The notes: generated from the letters alone by a model not told the origin. 64,000 nt of DNA from an uncultured Actinomycetota bacterium (GCA_964515075.1 CAZETE010000001.1:34623-98622), one strand, 5' to 3'; shown: positions 9,411 to 19,800, numbered from the stretch's first letter. Numbers and translations: made by a program.

Positions 9411-10709
9411 ATGGACTATTACAACCCGGTGGAGGTGGCGGACCGGGAGGAACTCGACGCCCTGAAGCTCTCCCGGCTGCGGGCGACGCTGGAGAGGCTC
9501 TACGACAGGGTGCCCTTCTACCGCGGCAAGCTGGCCGAGGCCGGCTTCGAGCCCGGCGACCTCAAGGGCCTCGAGGACCTGGGGAAGCTGCCCTTCACGG
9601 TCAAGAGCGACCTGCGCGACAACTATCCCTTCGGGCTCTTCGCCGTGCCCATGCGGGATATCGTCCGCCTCCACGCCTCCTCCGGCACCACCGGCAAGTC
9701 GACGGTGGTGGGGTACACCGCCTCCGACATCGAGGTGTGGGCCGACCTCATCGCCCGGACCATCGTGGCCGCCGGCGGCACCCCCGACGACGTCGTCCAG
9801 GTGGCCTACGGCTACGGGCTCTTCACCGGCGGGCTGGGCCTCCACTACGGGGTGGAGAAGCTGGGGGCGACGGTGGTGCCCATCTCCGGGGGCAACACCA
9901 AGCGGCAGGTGCGCCTGATGCAGGACTTCGGGACCACCATCCTGGCCTGCACCCCTTCCTACGCCTTGAACATCGCCGAGGTGCTGGAGGAGATGGGGAT
10001 GGGCCTGGACCAGATCAGGCTGAAGGCCGGCATCCTCGGCGCCGAGCCGTGGTCGGAGGAGATGCGCAGGAGCATCGAGGAGCGGCTGGGGATCATGGCC
10101 ATCGACATCTACGGCCTCTCCGAGATGATGGGCCCCGGCGTGTCCATCGAGTGCAGGCAGCAGGACGGCGCCCACATCTTCGAGGACTCCTTCATCGCCG
10201 AGACCATCGACCCCGACACCGGCGAGCTGCTCCCGCCGGGCGAGGTGGGCGAGCTGGTCCTGACCAACATCAACAAGGAGGGCCTCTCCCTGCTGCGCTA
10301 CCGCACGCGGGACATCACCCGGCTGGACTACGAGCCCTGCGCCTGCGGCCGCACCCACGTGCGCATGCACCGGGTCACCGGACGCTCCGACGACATGCTC
10401 ATCATCCGCGGCGTGAACGTCTTCCCCTCGCAGATCGAGATGGTGCTGATGCAGGTGCCCGGGCTCTCCCCCCACTACCAGATCATCGTGGACCGGGTGG
10501 GCACCATGGACATCCTGGAGGTGCAGGTGGAGATGGGCCCGGAGATGTTCTCCGACGAGATCAGGAAGCTGGAGGAGCTGGAGAAGCGCTTGCGGGACGA
10601 GATCCAGAGCTACCTGGGCGTGAGCGTCAAGATCAGCCTCAAGGAGCCCAAGTCCATCCAGCGCAGCGAGGGCAAGGCGGTGCGGGTCATCGACAAGAGG
10701 AAGATCTGA
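9411..10709 (+). CDS. paaK: phenylacetate--CoA ligase
   Basis: Full-length similarity to PaaK. AMP-binding motif SSGTTGK, and YGLSE/GPG and RSDDM motifs. Confidence 0.85.
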   Translation: MDYYNPVEVADREELDALKLSRLRATLERLYDRVPFYRGKLAEAGFEPGDLKGLEDLGKLPFTVKSDLRDNYPFGLFAVPMRDIVRLHASSGTTGKSTVVGYTASDIEVWADLIARTIVAAGGTPDDVVQVAYGYGLFTGGLGLHYGVEKLGATVVPISGGNTKRQVRLMQDFGTTILACTPSYALNIAEVLEEMGMGLDQIRLKAGILGAEPWSEEMRRSIEERLGIMAIDIYGLSEMMGPGVSIECRQQDGAHIFEDSFIAETIDPDTGELLPPGEVGELVLTNINKEGLSLLRYRTRDITRLDYEPCACGRTHVRMHRVTGRSDDMLIIRGVNVFPSQIEMVLMQVPGLSPHYQIIVDRVGTMDILEVQVEMGPEMFSDEIRKLEELEKRLRDEIQSYLGVSVKISLKEPKSIQRSEGKAVRVIDKRKI

Positions 10710-10727
10710 GAGAGGCGGGGGGCGGAC

Positions 10728-11159
10728 ATGAAAGTGAAGCAGATATCGGTGTTTTTGGAGAACAAGTCGGGCCACCTCTTCCAGGCCTGCGACTGCCTGG
10801 CGCGGCAGGGCATCAACATCCGTGCCCTGAGCATCGCCGAGACCGCCGACTACGGGGTGCTGCGGCTCATCGTCAACGACCCGGCCGCGGCGCGCGCCGC
10901 CCTCTCCGGGGAGGGCTTCACCGTCTCCGAGACCGAGGTCATCGCGGTGGAGGTGCCCGATGAGCCGGGCGGGCTGGCCGCCGTGCTCAAGTCCCTCTTC
11001 GACGCGAACATAAACATCGAATACGTCTACTGCTTCGTGGAGAAGAGCGGGGAGAGCGCCCTGGTGGTCTTCCGGCTGGAGGAGCTGGACCGCGGGGTGG
11101 ACGCCCTGGCGGCGGCGGGCCACGTGGTGCGGCCGGGCGAGGAGGTCTACCGCGTCTGA
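10728..11159 (+). CDS. ACT domain-containing protein (tandem ACT, PaaK-associated)
   Basis: Two ~65-aa ACT-like repeats (ISVFLENKSG..., IAVEVPDEPG...). This gene is a known partner of paaK. Confidence 0.75.
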   Translation: MKVKQISVFLENKSGHLFQACDCLARQGINIRALSIAETADYGVLRLIVNDPAAARAALSGEGFTVSETEVIAVEVPDEPGGLAAVLKSLFDANINIEYVYCFVEKSGESALVVFRLEELDRGVDALAAAGHVVRPGEEVYRV

Positions 11160-11208
11160 CCCGCGGAAGCCGCGGCGCGCGCGTTTCACGGGGAGCGGGG
11201 GCAACGCC

Positions 11209-11685
11209 TTGAAGAGCGGGGCTTACAGGACCGCCGGCGGGCTGGCCGCCTACTACCTGGCGCTCTTCTTTGCGGACCGCTGCCTGATCTCGCCCTTCGT
11301 CTACGGGGGCACCCGCAGCGCCGCCTACACCCCGGCCGGACTGCTGGGGGTCACCGCCCTCTTCGTCCTCCTCGTCGGCCTGCTGCTGCTGGGACCCTTC
11401 CTGGCCGGCAGGGCCAACCGGGCGGCCTGGGCCGCCTGGGGCGGCGCGGCCTTCGCCGTCAACCTGGCAGCCTATGCCCTGGCGTCCCTGGCGGCCGGCC
11501 TGTTCTCGGGAGACCTCTCCGTCCATGCGGGGGTGTCCGTCCACGACGGCGGGTTCTTCGGCGTCCTGCGCCTGGCCTACGTCGTGGCCCTCTATGCCCT
11601 GGCGGCCTGGCTGGGGTGCCGCAGCGGCAGGGCCGCCGAGCGGGGCAGGGCCATGCGGCGCACCGCGAAGCTGGCGGTGGGCTAA
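11209..11685 (+). CDS. hypothetical membrane protein
   Basis: Four predicted hydrophobic helices. TTG start. No recognisable family. Confidence 0.4.
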   Translation: MKSGAYRTAGGLAAYYLALFFADRCLISPFVYGGTRSAAYTPAGLLGVTALFVLLVGLLLLGPFLAGRANRAAWAAWGGAAFAVNLAAYALASLAAGLFSGDLSVHAGVSVHDGGFFGVLRLAYVVALYALAAWLGCRSGRAAERGRAMRRTAKLAVG

Positions 11686-12986
11686 GCGGGGCCGGGGGGG
11701 CCGGCGCCCTCCGGGGACCGCGGGGAGCCGGAAGCCCTGGTACGGCCGGCGGGCCTGATGCGCCCGGGCCGGCGGGGGGGCTTGGCGGCGCGCTTGCGCC
11801 GGGAGAGGCCCTTCTTGTCGATGTTCTCCACGTAATGGAGGATGAAGGCGTAATTGGACTGCAGGTTGCGGGGGTCCACCTCGTCGTAGGCGTCGCGCGT
11901 CGGGGTCTGGCGGCTGCACGGAAGGGAGCCGAAGGTGATGGCCTTGCGCCCCAGCGAGAGGAGGCGGTAGCCGCTCCCCAGCGATGCGCGGACCCTCCCG
12001 GTGGCCAGGCCGTAGTGGGGGTAGACCAGGTTGATGTCCTGGGCCGTGCGCAGCAGGCTGCGGTCGGCGCTGAAGGGCAGGATCAGCCCTTCCTTGCGGA
12101 AACACCTGGGCCTCTCACCACCCAGGCCCTCCAGAAACACCCATGCGGCGCCCTTGAGGTCGGCCCGGTGGCGGCGGATGAAGCGCTTCAAGCCCACGGC
12201 CCCGGGGTCCTCGCAGCCCAGGGCGACCAGCCACAACTCGGTGTTGGAGGGCCGGCGGCCGGCGTAGTGGTGGGCCAGGTTGAGCAGGACCGCCACGCCC
12301 GAGGCGTCGTCGCCGGCCCCGACGGGGTACCCGCGGGCAAGGCAGCGGGAGAGGACGGCCAGGAAGGCGAGGAGCAGGGGGGCCGCCGCGGCCAGGGCCA
12401 GGCGCCAGAGGGTGGCCAGGGTGGCCTCGTCCACCTTGAGGACGGTGGCTCCGGTGAGGAACAACAGCCACATGCCCAGGCCCAGCGAGGACAGGGTGAG
12501 GACGACGACGAAGGGGCGGTAGAGCCGGAAGAACCTCTGCCCGCGGTAGAAGGCCCGGCGGTGGCAGTCGAGGTGGGCCAGGACCACCACCTTTCGCAAG
12601 ACCCGGTCGTAGGGCCGGATGCGCGCCACCACGTTGCCGGAAGGGAAGCGGGGCTGCAGGGCGCCCAGTGCGCTGCGGCCCATCAGCTCCAGGAGCAGCA
12701 ACAACAGCCCCAGGTAATAGAGGAGGGCCGCCGCAATGGGGGAGGAGCGGAAGAAGAGCACCGAGGCCAGCATGGCCGCGCAGCAGGCCGCCAGGGGGGT
12801 GGCGGGGTTGCGGCGGGCCCGGAACTCCTCGTAGGACGGCGCGAGGCCGTCCCGCTTGAAGGCGCTCTCCACGTAGCGGGCCGCAGCCTCCTCCGCGGGG
12901 CTTGCGGGAGGCCTGGGTCCGATGTCGACGGAGAGCTTGCGGACGTGGGACATCATGCCCGCGGAGCGCTTGCGTTGGTCCTTCAT
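11682..12986 (-). CDS. M28 family peptidase with multi-TM insertion
   Basis: ATG at 12986 (MKDQRKR...). Peptidase M28 features are HLDCHRR, a zinc-binding Asp in VGAGDDASG, and CEDPGAVG. A central hydrophobic region is present. Confidence 0.65.
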   Translation of the reverse strand: MKDQRKRSAGMMSHVRKLSVDIGPRPPASPAEEAAARYVESAFKRDGLAPSYEEFRARRNPATPLAACCAAMLASVLFFRSSPIAAALLYYLGLLLLLLELMGRSALGALQPRFPSGNVVARIRPYDRVLRKVVVLAHLDCHRRAFYRGQRFFRLYRPFVVVLTLSSLGLGMWLLFLTGATVLKVDEATLATLWRLALAAAAPLLLAFLAVLSRCLARGYPVGAGDDASGVAVLLNLAHHYAGRRPSNTELWLVALGCEDPGAVGLKRFIRRHRADLKGAAWVFLEGLGGERPRCFRKEGLILPFSADRSLLRTAQDINLVYPHYGLATGRVRASLGSGYRLLSLGRKAITFGSLPCSRQTPTRDAYDEVDPRNLQSNYAFILHYVENIDKKGLSRRKRAAKPPRRPGRIRPAGRTRASGSPRSPEGAGPPGPA

Positions 12987-12993
12987 GCAGATA

Positions 12994-14376
12994 TTATAAC
13001 CAGATGTCAACGGCAAAGAAGAATGCCAGGGTGGAGAGGAGGAGGACGCCGGCGCTCCAGCGGTCCCAGCGGCGCAGGGGGAGGAGCGCTATGACCCAGA
13101 TGAAGTACCACGGCAGGACGTAGCTGGAGGCCAGCAGGAGGGCGAAGAGGGCCCAGAACCAGGTCTTTCCCATATCCCCATCGTCGCGGTAGGTCAGCAG
13201 CAGGCGGTAGAGGACCAGCAGGAGCAGGCACGCCAGCAGGACCGAGGCCAGCGCCCCCCCCAGCGCGGCGGCGGCCCCTTGCGGCAGCATCAGCAGGCGC
13301 AGCAGGCGGCCGAGGGCCCCTTTCAGGTAAAAACCGACGCTGGTGACGTTGGAGATGCGCAGGTTTGCAAGTACGGGCTTGATGATGCCGGGGCCGTCCA
13401 GGTACGGCAGGTAGAGCCCGCCCACGATAAGGGCGGCGGCCGCGGCATAGGCCAGGGCGGTCTTGACCCGTTGGGAGGGCAGGGGCCGGCGGCGCAGGAT
13501 GACGGCCACCGTCATCAGGGTGGGGATGAGCGTGACGTATTTGACGCAGCAGGAGAGGAGCAGGAGGGCTACGCAGTCGAAGTGCCTCTCGCGCTGATAG
13601 CGGTCGAGGGCCAGCAGGGCCAGGGTCATCATCAGCACGTCGACGTGGGCGCCGCCGGCGGAGTGCAGGATGACCAGCGGGTTGAGGCCGTAGACCATGG
13701 CGGCGAAATCCCGGTCGACCCCGTCGGTCCGCGCGGCGACGCGCCACACCAGCCTGATGTTGGCCAGGTGGCAGGCCGCCATGACCGCCTTCAGGAAGAG
13801 GGCGTTGGCGGTGATGTTCCCGCCCCAGAGCAGGTAGCTGAGGCTGCAGAGCATGCCCGACGCGGGGCCGTAGACCATCGCGGTGTTCTTCCAGTTGGGG
13901 GAGATCAGCGCGAGCAGCGGGTCGCCGATGAGGTGCTGGGGGCTGGTAAGGTAGGGGTTGAGGCCGTAGTGGGACTCCATCTTCCCGTAAAGGATCATGG
14001 AGTAGACGTCGCGCGAGAGGATGGGGGGCGCGAGCACCAGGACGGCGGAACATGCCCCCGCGACCAGCAGGACCGTGCGCACGTCGAGGGAGGAACCCTG
14101 CTTGCGGGACAGGTACAGGGCGGCGAAATAGAGCAGGATTAGGAGGAGGAAGGTGGTCAGGGCGAGGGAGTAGAGCTTGGTGAGGTTGCGGGAGGAGAGG
14201 CCCAGGGCGTCGACGGCCGCGCGCACGGCCCCGTTGCGGTAGAGGGATATCTGGGCCGGTGAGAGCTTGCCCACCGCCGGGGTGGGTGAGAGGGCCTGCA
14301 GGCCGCAGAAGAGATAGAGGAGAAGGGTGGCTGCCAGCAGCAGGTTGACGGTCATTCCCTCGCGACGGGCCACCAA
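12994..14376 (-). CDS. GT-C glycosyltransferase family 87 / DUF2029 integral membrane protein (PimE-like mannosyltransferase family)
   Basis: About 11 TM helices with a GT87/DUF2029-like hydropathy pattern. GTG start with RBS GGAGGAG. Confidence 0.6.
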   Translation of the reverse strand: MVARREGMTVNLLLAATLLLYLFCGLQALSPTPAVGKLSPAQISLYRNGAVRAAVDALGLSSRNLTKLYSLALTTFLLLILLYFAALYLSRKQGSSLDVRTVLLVAGACSAVLVLAPPILSRDVYSMILYGKMESHYGLNPYLTSPQHLIGDPLLALISPNWKNTAMVYGPASGMLCSLSYLLWGGNITANALFLKAVMAACHLANIRLVWRVAARTDGVDRDFAAMVYGLNPLVILHSAGGAHVDVLMMTLALLALDRYQRERHFDCVALLLLSCCVKYVTLIPTLMTVAVILRRRPLPSQRVKTALAYAAAAALIVGGLYLPYLDGPGIIKPVLANLRISNVTSVGFYLKGALGRLLRLLMLPQGAAAALGGALASVLLACLLLLVLYRLLLTYRDDGDMGKTWFWALFALLLASSYVLPWYFIWVIALLPLRRWDRWSAGVLLLSTLAFFFAVDIWL

Positions 14377-14465
14377 AGGCTCCTCCCCAGCTCTTGGAAC
14401 GGCGGTAATATAATATGATATAAAGGTTTAATGCACTGCACGATTCAACAACAGGATTATAGCGC

Positions 14466-16367
14466 ATGAAGAAGATATCGCTGGACGCCGTCAAGGGGCC
14501 CGGGGACCTCAAGGGCCTCTCCTACGACGAGCTGGCGGAACTGGCGGAGCAGATCCGCAGGCGCATCGTCGAGGTGACCTCGGTGCGCGGCGGCCACCTG
14601 GCTCCCAGCCTGGGGACGGTGGAGTTGACCATAGCCCTGCACCGGGTCTACGATGCCCCGCGCGACAAGATAGTCTGGGACGTCAGCCACCAGGCCTACG
14701 CGCACAAGCTCCTCACCGGCAGGAACGCGTGCTTCGACACCCTGCGCACGCGCGACGGGGTCTGCGGCTTCACCCGGCGCTCCGAGAGCCCCTACGACTG
14801 CGTGGACGCCGGCCACGCCTCCACCTCCATCAGCTACGCCCTGGCCTTCGCCCTGGCCCGCGACCTGAAAGGGGACGATTACGAGGTGGCGGCGGTCATC
14901 GGCGACGGGGCTATCTCCGGGGGGCTGGCCTTCGAGGGGCTGAACCAGGTCGGTCACCTGAAGCCGCGCATGACCATAGTCTTGAACGATAACGGCATGT
15001 CCATATCCAACAACGTGGGAGCCCTCTCCGGCTACCTGACGCAGCTGCGGCTCAACCCGCACTACGTCCACCTCAAGCGGGACATCAAGGGCGTCCTGGA
15101 CGTCGTGCCGGTCATCGGGGAGAGGGCCGGGCGGCTGCTGCGCGAGGTGAAGGGCCGCCTGAAGAACTTCCTCATAACCGAGTACATCTTCGAGGAGCTG
15201 GGCATCATGTACGTGGGGCCCATCGACGGCCACGATATCGAGGCCTTGGAGCGCGACCTGGAGCTGGCCCGGGAGGTGGAAGGCCCGGTACTGCTGCACG
15301 TCATCACGGAGAAGGGGCGCGGCTACCGGCCGGCCGAGAAGGAGCCCGAGGCCTTCCACGGGACGCCGCCCTTCATCATCACCAACGGCAAGGTGGAGGC
15401 GAAGGAGGTGCCCTCCTTCACCGAGACCCTGGGCCGCACGGTATGCAATATCGCCCGTAAGAACCGCCGGCTGGTGGCGATCACCGCGGCGATGACCCTG
15501 GGCACCGGCCTCAAACGCTTCTCCGAGCTCTATCCCGACCGCTTCTTCGACGTGGGCATCGCCGAGCAGCACGCCGTGACCATGGCGGCCGGCCTGGCCC
15601 TCGCCGGCTTCAGGCCGCTGGTGGCCATCTACTCCACCTTCCTGCAGCGGGCTTACGACCAGGTGGTGCAGGAGGTATGCCTGCAGGGCCTACCGGTGGT
15701 CTTCGCCGTCGACCGGGCGGGCCTGGTGGGGGAGGACGGGCCCACCCATCACGGCTCCTTCGACCTCTCCTACCTCAAGCCCGTGCCCAACCTGACCATC
15801 ATGGCCCCGCGCGACCAGGAGGAACTGCGGGACATGCTCTGGCACGCCATGAGCCTGGAATGCCCGGTGGCCATCCGCTATCCCCGGGGAACCGGAGCCT
15901 CGCAGCGGGTGGAGGACGAGCCCCGCGAGCTGGCGCCGGGCAAGGTCGAGGTGGTGGAGGAGGGCGCGCGGGCCTGCCTGGTGGGCGTGGGCTCGGCCTT
16001 CGGTTATGCGGCCGCCGCCGCCTCGCTGCTCGAGACACGGGCCGGGATCAAGCCCACCCTGGTCAACGCGCGTTTCGTCAAGCCGTGCGACCGCGAGTCC
16101 CTCTGCCGGCTGGCCGGCCGCCACGAGCTGGTGGCCACGGTGGAGGACAACGCCCTGGCGGGGGGGTTCGGGGAGGACGTGGCCGCGCTGGTTTCCGAGG
16201 TGGGCGCGGGCTGCGCCGTCCTCCGTTTCGGGCTGCCCGACCGCTTCATCGAGCACGGGAGGATCGGGGAACTCCACCGCGAAGTGGGGCTGGACGGCGA
16301 GGGTATCGCCTCCCGGATGCTTGAGGCGCTGGCCCGGGGGGCAGCGGGCGGGGAAACGGAGCGGTGA
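14466..16367 (+). CDS. dxs: 1-deoxy-D-xylulose-5-phosphate synthase
   Basis: Full-length Dxs (633 aa). TPP-binding motifs GHLAPSLG and GDGAISGG, and a transketolase-like C-terminus. Confidence 0.95.
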   Translation: MKKISLDAVKGPGDLKGLSYDELAELAEQIRRRIVEVTSVRGGHLAPSLGTVELTIALHRVYDAPRDKIVWDVSHQAYAHKLLTGRNACFDTLRTRDGVCGFTRRSESPYDCVDAGHASTSISYALAFALARDLKGDDYEVAAVIGDGAISGGLAFEGLNQVGHLKPRMTIVLNDNGMSISNNVGALSGYLTQLRLNPHYVHLKRDIKGVLDVVPVIGERAGRLLREVKGRLKNFLITEYIFEELGIMYVGPIDGHDIEALERDLELAREVEGPVLLHVITEKGRGYRPAEKEPEAFHGTPPFIITNGKVEAKEVPSFTETLGRTVCNIARKNRRLVAITAAMTLGTGLKRFSELYPDRFFDVGIAEQHAVTMAAGLALAGFRPLVAIYSTFLQRAYDQVVQEVCLQGLPVVFAVDRAGLVGEDGPTHHGSFDLSYLKPVPNLTIMAPRDQEELRDMLWHAMSLECPVAIRYPRGTGASQRVEDEPRELAPGKVEVVEEGARACLVGVGSAFGYAAAAASLLETRAGIKPTLVNARFVKPCDRESLCRLAGRHELVATVEDNALAGGFGEDVAALVSEVGAGCAVLRFGLPDRFIEHGRIGELHREVGLDGEGIASRMLEALARGAAGGETER

Positions 16368-17141
16368 GGCTGGACCAGTACCTGGTGGAACAAGGTTTCT
16401 ACGCCACCCGCGAGCAGGCCAAGCGGGCCGTGCTGGCCGGTGAAGTGGAGCTGAAAGGACGCAGCGGGCGTCCCAAGCCGGGGGAGAGGGTGGAGAGGGA
16501 CCCCCCGCAGGTGACCATCCGCGAGCCCCCCCCCTTACGTCTCCCGCTCGGGCGCCAAGCTGGCGGGCGCGCTGGAGGGATGGGGCCTCGAGGTGAAGGG
16601 CTTGAAGGTCCTCGACGTCGGCTCCTCCACCGGCGGCTTCACCGACTGCCTGCTGCAGAAGGGGGCGGCGGAGGTCATCGCCCTGGACGTGGGGAGGGGG
16701 CAGCTGCACTGGAGGCTCAGGATGGACCCCCGGGTGAGGGTGATGGAGGGGGTGAACGCCCGCTACCTGGCCCCGGGCGACCTGCCCTTCCGCCCGGAGA
16801 TGGCCGTCGTCGACGTCTCCTTCATCTCCCTGATCAAGGTGCTCAAGCCCCTGGCCGGGGTGCTGGAAGAGGGAGAGAGGGTGCTGGCGCTGGTCAAGCC
16901 GCAGTTCGAGGCGGGGCGCGAGCGGGTGGGCCGGGGCGGGGTGGTGCGCGACCCGGAAGTCCACCTCCAGGTGTTGGAGCGGACCGCGGCGGCGGCGCGG
17001 GAGTTGGGTTTCCACGCCCACGGGGTCATGGAGGCCTCCCCCCGCGGGCGCGACGGCAACCGCGAGTTCGTGCTGCTGCTGGTCAAAGGGCTGGAGCCGG
17101 AGAGCGCGCCGGACTTCGGGGGCGTTACGGGAAAGGAGTGA
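16364..17141 (+). pseudogene. tlyA: TlyA-family 16S/23S rRNA (cytidine-2'-O)-methyltransferase, interrupted by a +1 frameshift in a C9 homopolymer
   Basis: The S4 domain (MRLDQYLVEQGFYATREQAKRAV...VTIREPPP) is in frame 2 up to the C-run at 16526-16534. The remainder (YVSRSGAKLAGALEGW...FtsJ-like MTase...LLLVKGL) is in frame 3 and ends TGA 17139-17141. With 8 C's instead of 9 the reading would be continuous (EPPPYVSR). Confidence 0.8.
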
Positions 17142-17145
17142 GCTG

Positions 17146-17997
17146 ATGCGCGCGGTGGGGTTGCTGCCCAACGTCAACAAGGAAGCCTGCGTGCGCGGGG
17201 CGGCGGAGCTCTCCGCGTGGCTGCGCCGCCGCGGCCTGGAGGTCAGGTTCCTGGAGGAGGACAGCGCGGCCCTGGGGGTCCGGGAAGGGGCCTGCGCTCG
17301 CGAGGAGTTCGCCCGCGGCCTGGACCTCATCGTATCGCTGGGCGGAGACGGCACGGTGCTGCGGGCGGCCCAGCTGGCCTTCCGGCCGGAGGTGCCGCTG
17401 CTCGGGATCAACCTGGGCAAGCTCGGCTTCCTCACCGGCCTGGACCAGGACAACCTCTACGAGGGCATGGAGGAGGTCATCGCCGGCCGCTTCATCGTCC
17501 AGCGGAGGAAGATGCTGGAGTGCCGGGCGCAGGGGGCGGGAGAGGAGCGCAGCTTCTTCGCCCTGAACGAGGTGGTGGTGGGGCGGACCTCCAGGCAGCG
17601 CATGATCCGCTTCGAGGCCTACATCAACCAGCAGTATTTCAACTACTATTCGGGAGACGGGCTGATCTTCGCCACCCCCACCGGCTCCACCGCCTACTCG
17701 CTGGCGGCGGGAGGCCCGGTGGTGGAGCCCAACATAGGCTGCTTCATCCTCACCCCCATCTGTTCCCACAGCCTCACCGCCCGGTCCATCGTGCTCTCGC
17801 AGGCAGACGCCGTCCTGATAACGCCGGCCGATCCGGGCAGCGCGTTCTCCCTCTCCATCGACGGCATAGAGGAGGTGATCCTCGATCCGGGAAGCGAGGT
17901 GCACCTGGCCCTCTCCCGCCACGTGAAGCTGGTCAAGCTGCCGTCATACTCCTTCTTCCGGCTCATACGCGAGAAGTTCAAGTTCCCGGAGGGCTGA
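17146..17997 (+). CDS. nadK: NAD(+) kinase
   Basis: GGDGT motif (SLGGDGTVL) and an NADK C-terminal domain. Conserved tlyA-nadK-recN order. Confidence 0.9.
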   Translation: MRAVGLLPNVNKEACVRGAAELSAWLRRRGLEVRFLEEDSAALGVREGACAREEFARGLDLIVSLGGDGTVLRAAQLAFRPEVPLLGINLGKLGFLTGLDQDNLYEGMEEVIAGRFIVQRRKMLECRAQGAGEERSFFALNEVVVGRTSRQRMIRFEAYINQQYFNYYSGDGLIFATPTGSTAYSLAAGGPVVEPNIGCFILTPICSHSLTARSIVLSQADAVLITPADPGSAFSLSIDGIEEVILDPGSEVHLALSRHVKLVKLPSYSFFRLIREKFKFPEG

Positions 17998-18000
17998 AGG

Positions 18001-19755
18001 GTGATCAAGGCGCTCACCATCCGCAACCTGGCCCTCATCGACGAGGTGAGCGTGGATTTCGCGGCGGGCTTCAACGCCTTCACCGGGGAGACCGGCGCGG
18101 GCAAGACCATCATCATCACAGGGCTCGACCTGCTGGCCGGCGCGCGCGCCGACTCCGGGCGCGTCCGCGCGGGGGAGGAGCGGCTGGAGGTGGAGGGGCT
18201 CTTCTCCTGCGACCCCCACGGCCGGGTGGCCCGGCTGCTCGAGGAATCGGGGCTGGAGGGCGGAGGCGAGGCGGGCGAGGTGGTGGTGCGGCGGGTCATC
18301 TCCCGCGAGGGCAGGAACCGCTGCTGGGTCAACGGCAGGATGTGCCCGGCCTCCGTCCTGACGGAGCTGGGGGAGTTCCTGGTGGACATCCACGGGCAGC
18401 ACGAGCATCAGCGCCTCCTCGATCCCCGCAACCACCTGGAGTACCTCGACCGCTTCGGGGGCGACGGCCACCTGGAGCTCGTAGCGCGCTATCGCGAGGC
18501 CTATTCCGCCTGGCGGGAGGCCCGCGGGAGGGCCGAGGGGGCGCGCATGGACGAGGCCGAAAGGCTTCAGCAGGTGGACATCCTGCGCCATCAGACCCGG
18601 GAGATCGAGATGGTCGACCCGGCGGAGGGGGAACTGGAGGGGCTGGAGGAGCGGCGGCGCCTGATGCAGAACGCCGAGTTCCTCTACTCGCAGGCCGGGG
18701 AGGCGCGCGCGGCGCTGTGCGGCGAGGGCCCGGACGGCACGGATGCCCTGGCCGCGGCCGTCTCCGCGCTGGCCAGGGTGGAGGGGATCGACCCGCGGCT
18801 GGGACGGCTGCGCGAGGAGCTCGAAGACGCGGCGGCGCGGGTGGACGAAGTGGCTCGCGAGCTGCGGGGATACCTGGAGGGGCTGCAGTTCGAGCCGGCC
18901 GCCCTGGAGGAGGCGGAACGGAGGATCTTCGACCTGAAGGACCTCATGCGCAAGTACGGCCCTTCCCTCGAGGAGGTCAGGGCCTTCGCCGCGAGGGCCG
19001 CCGAGCGCCTGCGCGTGCTGGAGGACTACGAGGCCGGCCTGGCGAGGCTGGAGGCGGCGGCGGTGGAGAAGGAGGAGGAGGCGGCGGCGCTGGCGGCGGA
19101 GTTGAGCGCGGCCAGGCGCGAACTGGCCGTCCGGCTGAGCGGAGCGGCCGCCGCCGAACTGGCCGGGCTGGGGATGGAGGCGGTGAGGTTCGCCGTCGAG
19201 ATGGGGGAGCGGGAGGTCCCCGGGGAGTCCGGGGGCGACTCGGTGGAGTTCACCATCTCCCCGGGGCGGGGCGAGCCCGCGCGTCCCGTCGCCAGGATCG
19301 CCTCGGGCGGAGAGCTGGCCCGGGTGATGCTGGCCCTGAAGATCGTCCTGGCCCGCGCCGACGAGGTTGACGTGCTGGTCTTCGACGAGGCGGATGCGGG
19401 GATCGGAGGGCTGACGGCCGGGCGCGTCGGTGAGAAGATGGCGCAGCTGGCCGGCTGCCATCAGATCATCACGGTGACCCACCTGCCCCAGATAGCCGCC
19501 TGCGCCGACGCGCAGTTCCGCATCTTAAAAGGGGAGAAGGGGGGCCGTCCGGTAACGCGCATCAAGAGGCTGGATGCCCGGGGACGCCGCGAGGAGCTGG
19601 CCCGCATGCTGGGGGGGGCCGGGGAGTCGGCGCTGCGCCACGCCGACGAACTGCTGAAGGCGGCGGCTTCCGGTGGCGAGGCCGGAAGCGGGCCGGCGGA
19701 GGGCCGCCGCGGGAAACGGCCGCAGGGAGCCCCGGGCACTCTACCGGGTATCTGA
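18001..19755 (+). CDS. recN: DNA repair protein RecN
   Basis: GTG start. SMC-like N-terminal Walker A GETGAGKT, a long coiled-coil, and a C-terminal signature/Walker B (DEADAGIGG). Confidence 0.9.
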   Translation: MIKALTIRNLALIDEVSVDFAAGFNAFTGETGAGKTIIITGLDLLAGARADSGRVRAGEERLEVEGLFSCDPHGRVARLLEESGLEGGGEAGEVVVRRVISREGRNRCWVNGRMCPASVLTELGEFLVDIHGQHEHQRLLDPRNHLEYLDRFGGDGHLELVARYREAYSAWREARGRAEGARMDEAERLQQVDILRHQTREIEMVDPAEGELEGLEERRRLMQNAEFLYSQAGEARAALCGEGPDGTDALAAAVSALARVEGIDPRLGRLREELEDAAARVDEVARELRGYLEGLQFEPAALEEAERRIFDLKDLMRKYGPSLEEVRAFAARAAERLRVLEDYEAGLARLEAAAVEKEEEAAALAAELSAARRELAVRLSGAAAAELAGLGMEAVRFAVEMGEREVPGESGGDSVEFTISPGRGEPARPVARIASGGELARVMLALKIVLARADEVDVLVFDEADAGIGGLTAGRVGEKMAQLAGCHQIITVTHLPQIAACADAQFRILKGEKGGRPVTRIKRLDARGRREELARMLGGAGESALRHADELLKAAASGGEAGSGPAEGRRGKRPQGAPGTLPGI

Positions 19756-19794
19756 GGGCGGACCGCGGCCGCGGCGGTTGTCGTGGGCGGCGCC

Positions 19795-19800
19795 TATAAT
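19795..19800 (+). promoter_or_regulatory. perfect TATAAT -10 hexamer in the recN-pyrG spacer; candidate pyrG promoter with a ~190-nt leader
   Basis: TATAAT at 19795-19800; the upstream TTGTCG is not at optimal spacing. The leader contains an 8-bp inverted repeat GGCCGGGA...TCCCGGCC enclosing a pyrimidine tract CTCTCTCTACTTTTTTT. Confidence 0.3.

Noticed and set aside
9324-11204. 626-aa ORF on the minus strand
   Set aside because: Antisense to paaK and the ACT-domain gene. Low-complexity Gly/Pro/Arg-rich translation typical of GC-rich antisense frames; no domain.
11616-14512. Long plus-strand ORFs (492 aa at 11616-13094, 287 aa at 13279-14142) and a 501-aa minus-strand ORF (13007-14512)
   Set aside because: They overlap the M28 peptidase and GT87 membrane-protein genes in other frames. 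The translations are Arg/Gly/Pro-rich nonsense. The chosen frames show real TM helices and motifs.
16364-17146. 260-aa frame-2 ORF annotated as a single protein
   Set aside because: Only the first ~57 aa (S4 domain) are genuine TlyA. After the C9 tract the frame-2 translation is Gly/Arg-rich nonsense. The true continuation is in frame 3 (see the tlyA pseudogene call).
17217-19370. 717-aa plus-strand ORF
   Set aside because: Off-frame overlap of nadK and recN. The translation is a poly-Gly/Arg/Pro repeat lacking the RecN motifs, which are clearly in the frame starting at 18001.
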